Positions 1-11,934 of a stretch of DNA of 64,000 nucleotides are shown one piece after another (position 1 is the first letter of the stretch; each line of letters opens with the position of its first letter). The DNA comes from an uncultured Hormoscilla sp. Lineage in GTDB: Bacteria > Cyanobacteriota > Cyanobacteriia > Cyanobacteriales > Desertifilaceae. The position numbers were made by a program, and so were the translations under genes. The stretch covers positions 1,120,001-1,184,000 of the forward strand of contig OZ001293.3 in assembly GCA_963921275.4 (NCBI GenBank), read 5' to 3'. Under the pieces are notes generated by a model that was given only the letters and a program-made list of their open reading frames with translations, made no database searches and was not told the DNA's origin.

Positions 1-2420
1 GTGCGATTCTTTTATGGTAAAATGACTTGACACGTGTCAAGAAAGGGGACCGCTAGCAGGGTTTCAATAGCCCTGACAACTTACAGATGATGGTGGTGAA
101 AGCCCACCCCTCCAGGTGCTCTCGTGACAGCACCCTCCCGACGGTAGCGATGGCATCAATCCGTAAAGCGGGAAGGAAAGGCGCTCTAACTGGTAGCCTA
201 AACCGGTCATCGTCGAGCAAGTAGTCATGATGAGCGCAAGCAAAGGTTCATAAGTGTCGTCAACATCAACCAGTGTAATAAGGCTGAGACACTGGCCCAA
301 AAGGGAAAGGATAATGGTCATTAGCGGTTGTAATCCGACTAATAAGCACTGACAACAAACCCGGCATATAGAATCCATCTAAAACTACGATTAATCATCT
401 GTAGGAACGAAGTAACCCAGCTAGGCACTCTCCATCACCGGTCGATAGATGGAGTAGTCACCAAAGACGCAACATCTGCTCTCATTTGGCAGGTCATAGC
501 TGGGAAAGATTGAGTGGAGAAGCAAACGCCTATCTGTAATGGATGGGATAAGCTGACGCCCTCACGGTTTTGTCAATTGTGAAGTTGTGAGTAGTAGTTA
601 ATATGTCACGGAACTTAGCCGAAAAGCAAGAGTATGAATGGAAGGAGGTGCCCTGGCAGGAGCTGGAGCGCCGATCGCGCTAGCGTGGCGCCAGCCATGT
701 CTTCAAGCTACAAAAGCGAATTTACAGAGCGGCACAGGAAGGCAACAAGCGGAAAGTTCGCAAGCTCCAAGGGTTACTAAATAGGTCATGGTCCACGAAG
801 ATGATAGCGGTGAGACAGGTAACACAACAAAACCAAGGAAAGAATGCGGCTGGTGTGGATGGTGTGAAAGCACTGACTATGGAGCAGCGACTGGAACTGG
901 TAAGTCAGCTCAGAGTATCCAGGAAGGCAAAGGCGAAACCTACACTGCGTGTATGGATACCTAAGCCAGGAAGGGACGAAAAGCGGCCACTAGGAAGACC
1001 GACGATGCACGACCGCGCACTTCAGGGATTGGTCAAACAGTCGCTTGAGCCCGAATGGGAAGCGTACATGGAAGCCAATTCCTACGGATTCAGACCAGGA
1101 AGGGGATGCCACGATGCGATCGAAACGATATTCACCAGCACCAACAAGAAACCAAAATGGGTGTTAGATGCGGATATTGCGAAATGTTTCGACAAAATTG
1201 ACCACTCAGCGCTCCTAGAGAAATTGAATACAACATCACCAATCCGTAGACAGATACGGGCATGGCTAAAAGCCGGGGTGATGGACCAGGGAATATGGCA
1301 GGACACAGAAGCCGGAACTCCTCAAGGCGGAGTAATATCACCATTGCTAGCCAATATAGCCCTACATGGGTTGGAAAAGGTAGTGATGAGTCTTGCCCGC
1401 ACAAAGAGAGAGGAAAAGAAACTAACGATAGTCAGGTACGCCGATGATTTTGTGGTAATGCACGATGACCGGTCAATGATTGAGCGAGCACAAGGAGTGA
1501 TTGAGGAGTGGTTGAAGGGAATAGGACTAGAGCTAAAAGCCGAGAAAACCAGGATATCCCACACACTGGAAGGAGAAAACCCCGGATTTGACTTCCTAGG
1601 GTTCAATATCCGACAATACAAAGTAGGGAAACACAGAAGCGGCAAACTCAGCAACGGAACCCCCCTAGGATTCAAGACCCTAATCAAGCCTAGCGATAAA
1701 TCCATTAGGAATCATAAAGAGCAACTATCACAGATAGTTCGCCGCCATAAATCGGCACCACAGACAGCCTTGATAGTCAAACTAAACCCAATGATAAGGG
1801 GATGGAGCAACTACTTCAAGACGGTGGTAAGTAAGGAAACTTACAGCGACATGGATAGCTACCTATGGGAGCTGCTGTGGCAATGGGCAAAGAGAAGGCA
1901 TCCCAATAAATCGGGCGAATGGATTGCCAAAAATTATTGGGCCATGACCGGTAAGGACCGGTGGAGGTTCATCGGTAAATCCAAGAAAGGAGAAATAAAG
2001 CTAATCCGGCACTCTGAAACTGAAATAATCAGACACACAAAGGTAAAGGGGACAGCTAGCCCGCTTGACGGTAACCTAGTCTACTGGAGCCAGAGATTAC
2101 GAAAGAGCCCGGACGTAAGCATGAGAGTGATTAACCTGCTCAAGAGGCAGGATGGCAAGTGCCAGCATTGCGGACTAACGTTTAAGGACGGCGACAAATG
2201 GGAAGTGGACCACATCCTGCCAACCTCACTGGGAGGTAAGGACTGGTACTCCAACCTACAGTTGCTGCACGACTACTGCCATGATTATAAATCTGCCAGG
2301 GATGGCAGCAAAGGCCGTATCCATGACAAGGATGACGAAACTGAGGAGCCGGATGAGGTGAAAGTCTCACGTCCGGTTTTGAAGACGAGTCGGTACGGTG
2401 ACGTACTGGCTTAGTTTAAT
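1..2420 (+). mobile_element. Group II intron I1 (IIB, chloroplast-like type), ORF-containing
   Basis: Starts GTGCGA at base 1. DV is GAGCCGGATGAGGTGAAAGTCTCACGTCCGGTT. DVI ends CTTAGTTTAAT at 2420. RT ORF lies in DIV. Confidence 0.95.
603..2414 (+). pseudogene. ltrA: Intron-encoded RT/maturase/HNH protein, interrupted by a micro-insertion with in-frame TAG (681-683); downstream frame 801-2414 is open
   Basis: PQGGVISPLL, YADD, maturase X (LNPMIRGWSNYF) and HNH (EVDHI...NLQLLH) motifs. N-terminus matches the I9 protein except for the 672-698 insert. Confidence 0.88.
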
Positions 2421-2624
2421 ACTCCTATAACCCAGCTCGTGATTCGGAAGTATGAAATATATCTTCATCAGCTTTGTCCTCTTGCCAGTTTACCTCAAAA
2501 GTTCCAGAACTGCCCTGGCGACTTAGCTTGCTATCTGCCGGTGCTAAGTTCATATTTCTTCACATTCAAGGTCCTCGCCAGGAAATCTGCTGTCCGCAAA
2601 CATCTCCCCACTGCGCCCCGCCGT

Positions 2625-2763
2625 GGCTGGCGATGTCTCTGGAGAGCTTTCGGTGTCCCCCGGTCGCTTGATGTCTCTCGGGGCGAGGTGTCTCCTGGGA
2701 GCACTAATCGCACTACCCAGGAGACACCTCGCGCTAACCGCACTACCCGGGGGACACCGAACT
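2625..2763. repeat. GC-rich short repeat cluster (CGCACTACCC..GAGACACC type); related copies near 3599-3620, 22945-22985, 27500-27545 and 35365-35540
   Basis: Recurrent (a/c)TCGCACTACCC and GGACACC/GAGACATCG units in both orientations. Confidence 0.6.
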
Positions 2764-3598
<835 letters not shown>

Positions 3599-3760
3599 CG
3601 CACTACTCCAGAGACATCGGTTGCTGATTCACTCGGGTTGGGGCGAGAAACATCTTAACGATTCTTAATGTTAATCCTCATCAAATAGTTCTAAAGTATC
3701 TCAGGTAACAGTTTAGGCAGGCTGCCGGATAGTCAAATTTACACTCACAAACAGGAACAT

Positions 3761-4492
3761 ATGAGCAATAATCTAGCCACAAAATTGCGCGAAGGCACGA
3801 AAAAAGCCCACACGATGGCAGAAAACATGGGTTTTATCAAGTGCTTCTTAAAGGGCACGGTTGAGAAAAACTCTTACCGGAAGCTGGTAGGTAACCTCTA
3901 CTTCGTCTATTCAGCGATGGAAGAAGAGATGGAACGCCACCGCAACCACCCGATTATGGGTAAAATGTACTTTCCCGAGCTAAACCGCAAGCGCAGCTTG
4001 GAAAAGGATCTGACATACTACTATGGTGCCAACTGGCAGGAACAAGTGTTGAGCACGCCAGGGGGAGAAGCTTACGTGCAGCGGATCTGGGAAGTGTCTG
4101 CTACGGAACCAGAACTGCTGATCGCTCACCTTTATACCCGCTACATGGGCGACTTGTCTGGAGGACAAATTCTCAAGAAAATTGCCCAAACAGGAATGAA
4201 CTTGACAAATGGCCAAGGAACGGCTTTCTACGAGTTCGCAGAAATTTCCGATGAGAAGGCGTTTAAGGCTAACTATCGGCAAACCATGAATGATTTGCCG
4301 ATCGACGAGGCGACAGCAGATAAGATCGTGGATGAAGCTAATGACGCTTTTGGCATGAATATGAAAATGTTCCAAGAGTTAGAGGGTAGCTTGATCAAGG
4401 CGATCGGTCAGATGCTTTATAATTCTCTGACACTGCGTCGGACTCGCGGCAGTACGGAAACGGAAAAGGAACTGGCAACTGCTGAAAGTTAA
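3761..4492 (+). CDS. ho1: Heme oxygenase (biliverdin-producing)
   Basis: LATKLREGTKKAHTMAEN and YTRYMGDLSGGQ motifs of cyanobacterial heme oxygenases. Confidence 0.93.
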   Translation: MSNNLATKLREGTKKAHTMAENMGFIKCFLKGTVEKNSYRKLVGNLYFVYSAMEEEMERHRNHPIMGKMYFPELNRKRSLEKDLTYYYGANWQEQVLSTPGGEAYVQRIWEVSATEPELLIAHLYTRYMGDLSGGQILKKIAQTGMNLTNGQGTAFYEFAEISDEKAFKANYRQTMNDLPIDEATADKIVDEANDAFGMNMKMFQELEGSLIKAIGQMLYNSLTLRRTRGSTETEKELATAES

Positions 4493-4513
4493 AAATTACT
4501 CAGGACCATGATG

Positions 4514-6983
4514 GAATGGCACTGACTTAAGTCGGGCAGGGCGCAAGAATCAATAAGGGGTATCTATTCTCAAATATCATGAGAATGATTGCCTTCTTAT
4601 TGCGAATCAGGCACAGTCCACTCGCAATTTTCGTGGCTCCATACCACATGCACAATTTTTCTTGCGCTTAAGTCGGGTGAAAAAAAGCTCCAAGGCATGC
4701 TAGATAAGGATTATAGCCCTGAAGCCTAGTAAGCTATTACCCATAATCATGCCTAATCGAGCTGATATTCTCAAGTGTCAATTGGCTTCAAAGCAATCGC
4801 TTTACCATTCCGACAGGTGCTGCCAGAATCAGACATTCAACAGTTATGCGGACCAAGAAAACGTCCCTCGTTCGCCATCGATTGTTTTCGCCGGTGGTTA
4901 CCCTGTGGATGTTCTTGCTGTGGATGCAGGTCATCGATATAGCTGCGCCACGCTACGGGATCAGCCTCTACTCGCACATTAGCAGTCAGTAAGGTTGTGG
5001 CCTGGTGCAGCGGGAGAGCAGGTCCCCGAGGATAGCGCAGCCATGGGCAGCGCTATGGGTAAAATTATGAGGGGTCCAGGGAGGTCGAGGGGGTGAGGGG
5101 GTGAGGAGGGGGTGAGGGGGTGAAGGGGTATAAAAGGTAAATCAACATGGCTCTATAATAGACAATTATCACCAAAGGCCAGCTCCCACTCCCCCACTCT
5201 CCCACTCAGTTGAATCTGGTAAAAATTCAAAACATACCCTTGAAAGAGAGGGAGGTCCAGGGAGAGGGGAAGGCGAGAAGATGTTGATTTTTCGTGTTCT
5301 GCACAGATGGAGAGAAAATGTCGGCGTATTATTAATGGACCGACGCTCTAGAAGCTAAAGTTACTGCGAGGGCAGCTATGGCTGCGCCCCCAGGGGAGAT
5401 ATCTCTGCTCCTTGCTCTTGTCCCAGGGTCCATAAGGCACACAGGAGACATCGCAGCGCTATTGGTGCTAATTAAGAAGTGTGCCTGCTAGATGGCTCTT
5501 CGGTGATTATGAGGGACACAACTCAGCTGGACAGTGGGAAGTTCTATGGCTGCGCCACGCTACGCGATTGGGAACTCTCTTCCGAGCAGGCCATGAGCGA
5601 TGAGCGCATCCGTCAGCCTGGAGGTGGACGTAAAAGAGCCACTGATGAAATAGAGGGATACTTTGCATTTTGGCGTGTTATAGAGAGCCATACAGCAGGT
5701 TCGCGCCCTGGATGAGTCTATTAAATGGACGCATTTAACTCGTCAGCAAATCGCCGATAAATTGTTGCAGGATGCTGGAATTTCAGTTAGCGTAACGGTT
5801 GTGGATCAATTGTTAGAAAAATACAAATTTCGTCGTCGCAAGGCTTTCAAAACCAAAGCTACTGGGGAGAACAAAGATCGCGGCCCGAGCAATTTGAGAA
5901 TATAGACTCTCTTGTCGAAAGCTCTCAAAATGCTGGAAATCCCGTGATAAGTATGGACACAAAAAAAAAGAGTTTATAGGTCAACTGTATCGTGATGAAC
6001 ACACCTATACTCAAGATAGAATCAAGCTTTACGACCATGATGGGCCATCTCTGGCTCAAGGCCGGATCATTCCGCACGGTTTATATGATATGAACTACAA
6101 CCTCGGCTATGTACAGATTGGGACATCCCATGACACGAGCGAGTTTGCCTGTGACTCAATTAACTATTGGTGGCTCACCTATGGTTCTATACTGTATCCG
6201 TTGGCAACCTCAATTTTATTATTGTGTGATGGTGGTGGTAGTAACAGCTCTCGCTCTTACCTGTTTAAAGAAAATCTGCAAAACCTTAGCAACAAGCTAG
6301 GCATTGAAATTCGGGTTGCTCATTATCCTCCCTATACCTCTAAGTATAATCCTATTGAACATCGCTTATTTCCTCATATCAGCCGTGGGTAATCTTCTAC
6401 AAGGTGGAAACGGCCTCAGACTTGATAGCTACAGCTACAACAAAGACGGGGTTAAAGGTGTTTACAACCGTGATTGACAAGGTTTATCAAACAGGAGTGA
6501 AAGTTAGCTTAAATTTTAAGGAAACTATGAAAATTGTATTTGACAATTTTCTCCCACAATGAAACTATACAGCCTTGCCACAACCGACGTAATGGCTCTC
6601 CTGAGCGGGGTAAATGTATTGCAGAATACAAATATGGCAGGTGGGAAAGGTAGCAAACCCTTGATACCAGCGTAAACATAAGTTTTACTTATCACCCCAA
6701 ACTCAGGAGACTCGATGTAATTTTGGACAAATTATTAAATCCTCAAATCCTTACTTTAATGTGAAACGCCACAATGGGAGAATCAGTCGTACCGTTACAA
6801 ATCTCCCGACAATCGCGGAGACCAAAAAATTATCCCCTCGATGTCTCCTGTGTGCCGTGCGCGCAGCGTGGCGCAGCCATGTCACCACCGGACAAGAGCA
6901 AGGAGCAGAGATATCGAAATGAGGCAACGGCGTCAAGAGTTGAAAGCACAGTTACTCGAATGATGCTTAAGTCAGTGCCATTC
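4514..6983 (+). mobile_element. Degenerate IS4-family element with nested insertions
   Basis: 18-bp terminal IR GAATGGCACTGACTTAAG / CTTAAGTCAGTGCCATTC. Frameshifted transposase N-terminus (MPNRADIL..., RLFSPVVTLWMFL). A second 5' copy starts at 14711. Confidence 0.7.
5590..6590 (+). pseudogene. ISAzo13-family (Rhodopirellula-type DDE) transposase, fragmented
   Basis: RIRQPGGGRK, ISMDTKKKE, CDGGGSNS and HYPPYTSKYNPIEHRLF motifs spread over several frames. Confidence 0.85.
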
Positions 6984-7029
6984 AATGTAGGGTGGGCATT
7001 CCTGGCTGTGTGAAGCTACCGGTGATTTT

Positions 7030-7287
7030 TTATACCTCAGCCAGCCCTAATCTCCGGCGCATTTCATCGCTAGAAATTCCCCCCGACCCACGTCGCCGCG
7101 ATCGCTCAATCAACTGAATAAATTTAGGATTAGTACTCAGTGAAATTGTTTCCAAATCCGCATTTTCAATATTAACTAACGCTGCGATCGGCTCACCATT
7201 GCTAGTAATTATCACCGGTTCTTCAGAAAGACTAGAGGTATACTCAGCCAGTGTTCCCCTTGCTTCCGCTATTTCAACAATCTTCAT
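7030..7287 (-). CDS. Phd/YefM-family antitoxin
   Basis: MKIVEIAEAR...EPVIITSNGEPIAALV signature; lies downstream of a RelE-like gene. Confidence 0.8.
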   Translation of the reverse strand: MKIVEIAEARGTLAEYTSSLSEEPVIITSNGEPIAALVNIENADLETISLSTNPKFIQLIERSRRRGSGGISSDEMRRRLGLAEV

Positions 7288-7289
7288 AG

Positions 7290-7583
7290 CTAGTAAATCT
7301 CTCCTGCTATATTAACCTGGTTGCGTTCCTTCACACCAACTGCGTTAATGTACACCACGGCCTCTGGTTACTCTTCTACATCATAGTATACAAGTAAGTT
7401 ACCAATACATAGTTCCCAAGCAGCAAGATAATTTGAACACATCAACTTCCTGTTTTTGGTTTCAACCGTTGGCTGATACATGAGTTGCTCATCTACATTA
7501 TCTAATACAATTGCTTGCTGTCGAGTAGTTAGGTACTTTAAGTGTGCTTCTGAGTCTGGTGAGTATTCTATATGGTAAGCCAA
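7290..7583 (-). pseudogene. RelE/ParE-family toxin with premature TAA at 7368-7370
   Basis: MAYHIEYS...WELCIGNLLVYYDVEE* continues in frame as PEAVVYINAVGVKERN up to the antitoxin start. Confidence 0.7.
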
Positions 7584-7730
7584 TTTTAATGGGCAAATAT
7601 GTCAACAAAAATATTTTAGCACGAGGTCTAACACCTATAATCTATCTGATCTCCTCTGGCCCCGGGATCATCCCAGAGAAGCTTCTGTATTATAATTAGA
7701 GCCAATGTAGTAATAGATGTGCATAAAAAT

Positions 7731-7905
7731 AACTACGAACTACGAACTACGAACCCGAGAATTTGTGCTTTTATGCTTTAGTGAGATGCGCCCTCTGGCC
7801 TCTCTCTAGGCGCTGAGCGCCTGGGAAGCACGCTTCGTGCTTACTACGAACCTACTCTCTAGTCGCTGAGCGCCTGGGAAGCACGCTTCGTGCTTACTAC
7901 GAACC
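7731..7905. repeat. Heptamer tandem repeat (AACTACG)n plus a ~52-bp tandem duplication; the same heptamer occurs at ~45594-45627 and ~63718-63750
   Basis: Direct reading; resembles the STRR-type heptamers of filamentous cyanobacteria. Confidence 0.75.
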
Positions 7906-8014
7906 GCATAACCGGTACGAGCCAATAATAACACCGGTGTTAAGAGAGGGATTTTCGGTGTGAAATGGTTTGTCAATCCTATTGGCTATTCTCCTAATCT
8001 GTGTTAACCTAACT

Positions 8015-8178
8015 TAATGTAGTCGGTTCTGATGGGGAACAGCCATCAGAGGTAACGGGGAAAGTTCGGTGCAAGTCCGACCCTGTCCCGCAGCTGTAAT
8101 CAGACAAGTTTGTCTGTAAGTCAGAAGGCCCGCCGATGAAAAGCACAGTAAGTTAAGCATCTGCGAGGTACGGATGAT
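8015..8178 (+). ncRNA. Cobalamin (B12) riboswitch
   Basis: GGTTC...GGGGAAAGTTCGGTGCAAGTCCGA.CTGTCCCGCAGCTGTAA...AAGTCAGAAGGCCCGCC core. Hairpin CATCTGCGAGGTACGGATG covers an SD and ATG. Upstream of hupE/DUF1636/cobW. Confidence 0.92.
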
Positions 8179-8337
8179 GAGCATAAGTGAATTTCTATTG
8201 GTCCGACTCAGGCGTGAGCCTAGCATATTCCTCTGCAAGTACCGATGCTAGAGATGCCAGACCACTTTACCCAGACTGAATAGGGAGATTACGCCAGATG
8301 CGGGCGCTTTCTGGTTCCTTTGCGGCCTGGCATGCAG

Positions 8338-8811
8338 TCAGTTGGACTTTTCGCCTAGGACAGTCCAAGCATTGAAGCTGGTTGGGGTCCACCCTGCTGT
8401 CTCTGTCAAGCTGCTAGCAACAGCGATCGGAATTAACCCCCAAGTCAAGGAACATAAGGTGACCAGAAAAACCAGTCCTAAGGGATGCTGGCGGTGCCGT
8501 TCCCCGTTCAATCTCGATATATCGCTATCGGACAGCAACATTTCTGCTGCTTGTGGTTTTAAGCTAGTGCCAGTCACATGCCGATTGACCTTGACTGTTA
8601 CTTCCGTTTTGGCAACCTTGATTAACTTAAGTTGCTTTAACTGCTGCAGGGCACTGAAAATCTCCCGATCGCTATAGGCTTTTTCCCGATATTCCCCTGT
8701 CCAAGCTTGGAAGTCCTGCAAATCAACTTTCATCTGGCGATCGCTTTCAGAGCGCCCTATCATCCAATTGTACATCAGGTTAGCACAAGGAGTAAGTTTT
8801 GCTTCTAACAT
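8338..8811 (-). CDS. Hypothetical protein, possible winged-helix N-terminus and C-terminal membrane segment
   Basis: 157-aa ORF with a hydrophobic C-terminal helix; no family recognised. Confidence 0.55.
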   Translation of the reverse strand: MLEAKLTPCANLMYNWMIGRSESDRQMKVDLQDFQAWTGEYREKAYSDREIFSALQQLKQLKLIKVAKTEVTVKVNRHVTGTSLKPQAAEMLLSDSDISRLNGERHRQHPLGLVFLVTLCSLTWGLIPIAVASSLTETAGWTPTSFNAWTVLGEKSN

Positions 8812-9024
8812 GGCTCGATTTTTTCCTCAATTATCTTTACAAATGCGGACAAATGCTTTTATATGACTGTTGACCAGACCTGGAAGCCGACCCTAGTCCT
8901 TATAGGCACAATTGCTCATGAATTTGCAAGTTGTGACTAAACTTTTTCTCCTAAATTGTAACATCGTTTACAGTTTCCTGTCTACTTTGGTGAATCATGC
9001 CCAAAATCGGCCATTTAACATATA

Positions 9025-9690
9025 ATGTCGAAAATGTCAATGCCAAAAATCAAGATTTATGCCCGATCAGGGATAGGCCCGATCGCCCTAGTATCAGTAA
9101 TCGGACTGCTGCTCTTCGCGCAACCGGCGATCGCCCACCATGCTTTTGATGGCTCAACACCCACCAATTTCTTTGAAGGGTTTCTCTCGGGACTGGCGCA
9201 CCCGGTCATCGGTTTGGATCATTTTGCCTTCGTAGTAGCCGTAGGGTTGCTATCAGCGATCGAAAAGCAAGGTTTTTTAATTCCAGTGGCCTTTGTCTTG
9301 GCAGCAATAGGCGGAACGGGCCTGCATTTAATGGGTCTGGATCTGCCACTTCCGGAGGTAGTCATATCCGCTTCCGTGCTGGCCTTCGGTGTCATGCTGG
9401 CAATGAAAGATCGTCCTCAGGCGATCGCCCTAGCGGTCCTGGGGGCGATCGCGGGAATTTTCCACGGATATGCCTACGGCGAATCCATTGTCGGAGCCGA
9501 AATGACCCCCCTGGTAGCATATTTAGCAGGCTTTACCATCATCCAGCTAATTGTTGCCCTGATCGCCTACAAAATTGGTAAATTTTGGATGGAGAAATTT
9601 ATTGAGCAACCCTTGCTAAATTTACGATTTGCAGGCTTTACCATCTGTGGTGCAGGTGCCGCTTTTCTGGCCGGAGCCATCCTAGGTTAA
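9025..9690 (+). CDS. hupE: HupE/UreJ family Ni/Co transporter
   Basis: Signal peptide followed by AHH; GLAHPVIGLDH and FHGYAYG motifs. Confidence 0.9.
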   Translation: MSKMSMPKIKIYARSGIGPIALVSVIGLLLFAQPAIAHHAFDGSTPTNFFEGFLSGLAHPVIGLDHFAFVVAVGLLSAIEKQGFLIPVAFVLAAIGGTGLHLMGLDLPLPEVVISASVLAFGVMLAMKDRPQAIALAVLGAIAGIFHGYAYGESIVGAEMTPLVAYLAGFTIIQLIVALIAYKIGKFWMEKFIEQPLLNLRFAGFTICGAGAAFLAGAILG

Positions 9691-9782
9691 TTACCAATTA
9701 AGAAACCCGGTTTTTTAGAAAAACCGGGTTTCTGGGCTCCCGCGCAGCAACAACGCAATTAGTTAATATCATCTCAAGGAAC

Positions 9783-10157
9783 ATGTCAAAACACGCCATA
9801 TTTGTTTGCACGACCTGTGCCACTGTTTGGAAAGATGGAAAACCCCAAGGAATTAGTGGCGGACAGCGGTTCCTCGAACAACTGCAAACAATGCACTCGG
9901 ACTGGGAATTACGAGATGATTTTCCCATTCAGGAAGTAAAATGCATGAGCGCATGCAGTCATCATTGTGCAGTTTCCTTTGCCGCTGCTGACAAATACAC
10001 TTATGTATTCGGCGATTTACAAATATTGCCGGAAACTTCTGCTGCTGTGCTAACTTGTGCTAGTCAATATTATGCTAAACCCGATGGCATGTTGCCGTGG
10101 TCGGAACGACCCGAACCCCTCAAAAAATCTGTCCTGGCACGAATTCCGCCCCTTTAG
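9783..10157 (+). CDS. DUF1636 family metal-binding protein
   Basis: IFVCTTC...CMSAC...YTYVFGDL...WSERPEPLK..VLARIPP. Confidence 0.85.
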   Translation: MSKHAIFVCTTCATVWKDGKPQGISGGQRFLEQLQTMHSDWELRDDFPIQEVKCMSACSHHCAVSFAAADKYTYVFGDLQILPETSAAVLTCASQYYAKPDGMLPWSERPEPLKKSVLARIPPL

Positions 10158-10182
10158 CGATCGCCCGATAGTTGAGGAGATT

Positions 10183-10490
10183 GTCGGGTGGGTTAGGCGC
10201 GGCGGCGTGAGTAGCTACATAATAAGTTGTGCCTGTAAAAGCGCCGTAACCAAACATCTTCAGAAGTAAGATGCAGTAAGGTGGGTTAGGCGCGGCGGCG
10301 TGAGTAGCTACATAATAAGTTGTGCCTGTAAAAGCGCCGTAACCCACAATCTTCAGTCAGCAACTGGCTGCAACCAGGTGCGTTACGGCGCGAAATACAC
10401 TCAAACTGTCTGTTTCCATAACCGTTGGTCGCGCCTAACGCACCCTACTATCAGGCTAACAAATCACCGGTGGGCGGTGCCCACCCTACA
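10183..10490. repeat. REP-like intergenic repeats (two ~64-bp direct copies plus palindromic units)
   Basis: GTGGGTTAGGCGCGGCGGCG...GCGCCGTAACC occurs twice, followed by GTGGGCGGTGCCCACCCTAC. Confidence 0.7.
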
Positions 10491-10506
10491 AGAAAGAAGA
10501 AAAAAG

Positions 10507-11535
10507 ATGGCAGCTAAAATACCAGTTACTGTGATTACAGGATTTCTCGGCGCAGGCAAAACGACTACCATTCGTCACCTGCTGCAAAATAATCAAGGAC
10601 GCCGCATTGCTGTAGTTGTCAATGAATTTGGCGAAGTTGGTATTGATGGAGAACTTCTGCGTGACTGTCAGGTATGCGACGATGAAGAAAGTGCTAACAT
10701 TGTAGAATTAACAAATGGATGCTTGTGCTGTACGGTGCAGGAAGAGTTCTTTCCCATGATGCAAGAATTGCTTCAGCGTCGCGATAAAATTGATTGTATG
10801 CTGATCGAAACATCAGGGCTAGCTTTGCCGAAACCTTTGGTACAAGCTTTCCGCTGGCCGGAAATTAAAAATGGCGCTACAGTGGATGGTGTTGTGACAG
10901 TGGTAGACTGTGAAGCGGTAGCTAAAGGCACTCTTGCTAGCGATCTTGATGCCCTCAACGATCAACGCCAAGCTGACCCCAATTTAGAACATGAAACTCT
11001 CATTGAGGAACTGTTTGAAGACCAACTGGCTTGTGCGGATATGGTACTGTTAACTAAGGTAGACTTGGTAGATGCTGAAACTCGCAGTAAAGTAGAAGCA
11101 TGGTTGCGATTGCAGTTACCTGCAACGGTGAAAATTGTTCCTTGTAAAAGTGGTGAAATTAGCCCTGACGTGCTATTGGGATTTAATGCCGCTGTGGAGG
11201 ATAACCTGGACTCTCGTCCCAGTCACCATGATACTGAAGAAGAACACGACCACGATGATGAAATAAATTCGGTGAATGTTGTCTGCGATCGCCCCTTCGA
11301 CCCGAAAGCCCTGATAGCCAAATTACGACAGCTAGTCGGACAGCAGGAAATATATCGGATCAAAGGTTTTGTCGATGTTCCCAATAAACCCATGCGCATG
11401 GTGCTGCAAGGGGTGGGCGATCGGGTCGAATCATTCTACGATCGCCCCTGGCAAGCATCGGAGGCCAGGCAAACACGACTGGTGTTCATTGGCCAGGCCC
11501 TCGATCGGGTAACAATTGAGCAAGCTTTGTGCTAA
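10507..11535 (+). CDS. cobW: Cobalamin biosynthesis GTPase CobW (COG0523)
   Basis: KIPVTVITGFLGAGKTT, GCLCC, ETSGLALPKP and a His-rich linker. Confidence 0.93.
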   Translation: MAAKIPVTVITGFLGAGKTTTIRHLLQNNQGRRIAVVVNEFGEVGIDGELLRDCQVCDDEESANIVELTNGCLCCTVQEEFFPMMQELLQRRDKIDCMLIETSGLALPKPLVQAFRWPEIKNGATVDGVVTVVDCEAVAKGTLASDLDALNDQRQADPNLEHETLIEELFEDQLACADMVLLTKVDLVDAETRSKVEAWLRLQLPATVKIVPCKSGEISPDVLLGFNAAVEDNLDSRPSHHDTEEEHDHDDEINSVNVVCDRPFDPKALIAKLRQLVGQQEIYRIKGFVDVPNKPMRMVLQGVGDRVESFYDRPWQASEARQTRLVFIGQALDRVTIEQALC

Positions 11536-11934
11536 ATTTGGATAAAGGTGCAAAATCTTAACTGATGTTACAGCCCTGGGATGACTGGTAAGTAGGTGCG
11601 CGCAATTAAACTCAACTGATCTTAATTGTGCGCACCTACTTAGGAGTGAGTTTTTACGAGAGTTAAAAATCCTGACCTAATATCATGTCCGCTTAAATGC
11701 CCATAATAAAAATTGCATCACCTGTAGGTTGGGTTGAGGCACGAAACCCAACGGCAGTAAGCCCTGTTGGGTTTCGCTGGCGCTCTACCCAACAAACGCA
11801 AGAGATCTTTTTTATTACGGTTAATCATCCCGACATGATATAAGTTAGTCGTGAGGCCAGTGTCAGTGAGTGGATATCTTCGAGATCGCACTACAAGAGC
11901 CGCGATCGCACTTTGAATAATTTAGGGACATGTT

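Noticed and set aside
64..378. Short ORFs in intron RNA regions (also 19987-20286, 24860-25147, 30781-31044, 34911-35273)
   Set aside because: They are antisense readings of conserved ribozyme domains with no protein motifs.
10183..10345. Direct repeats as a CRISPR array
   Set aside because: Only two ~64-bp copies, REP-like, with no spacer series and no cas genes.
10300..10506. N-terminal extension of CobW in the ORF track
   Set aside because: It runs through REP-like repeats; the conserved protein starts at ATG 10507.
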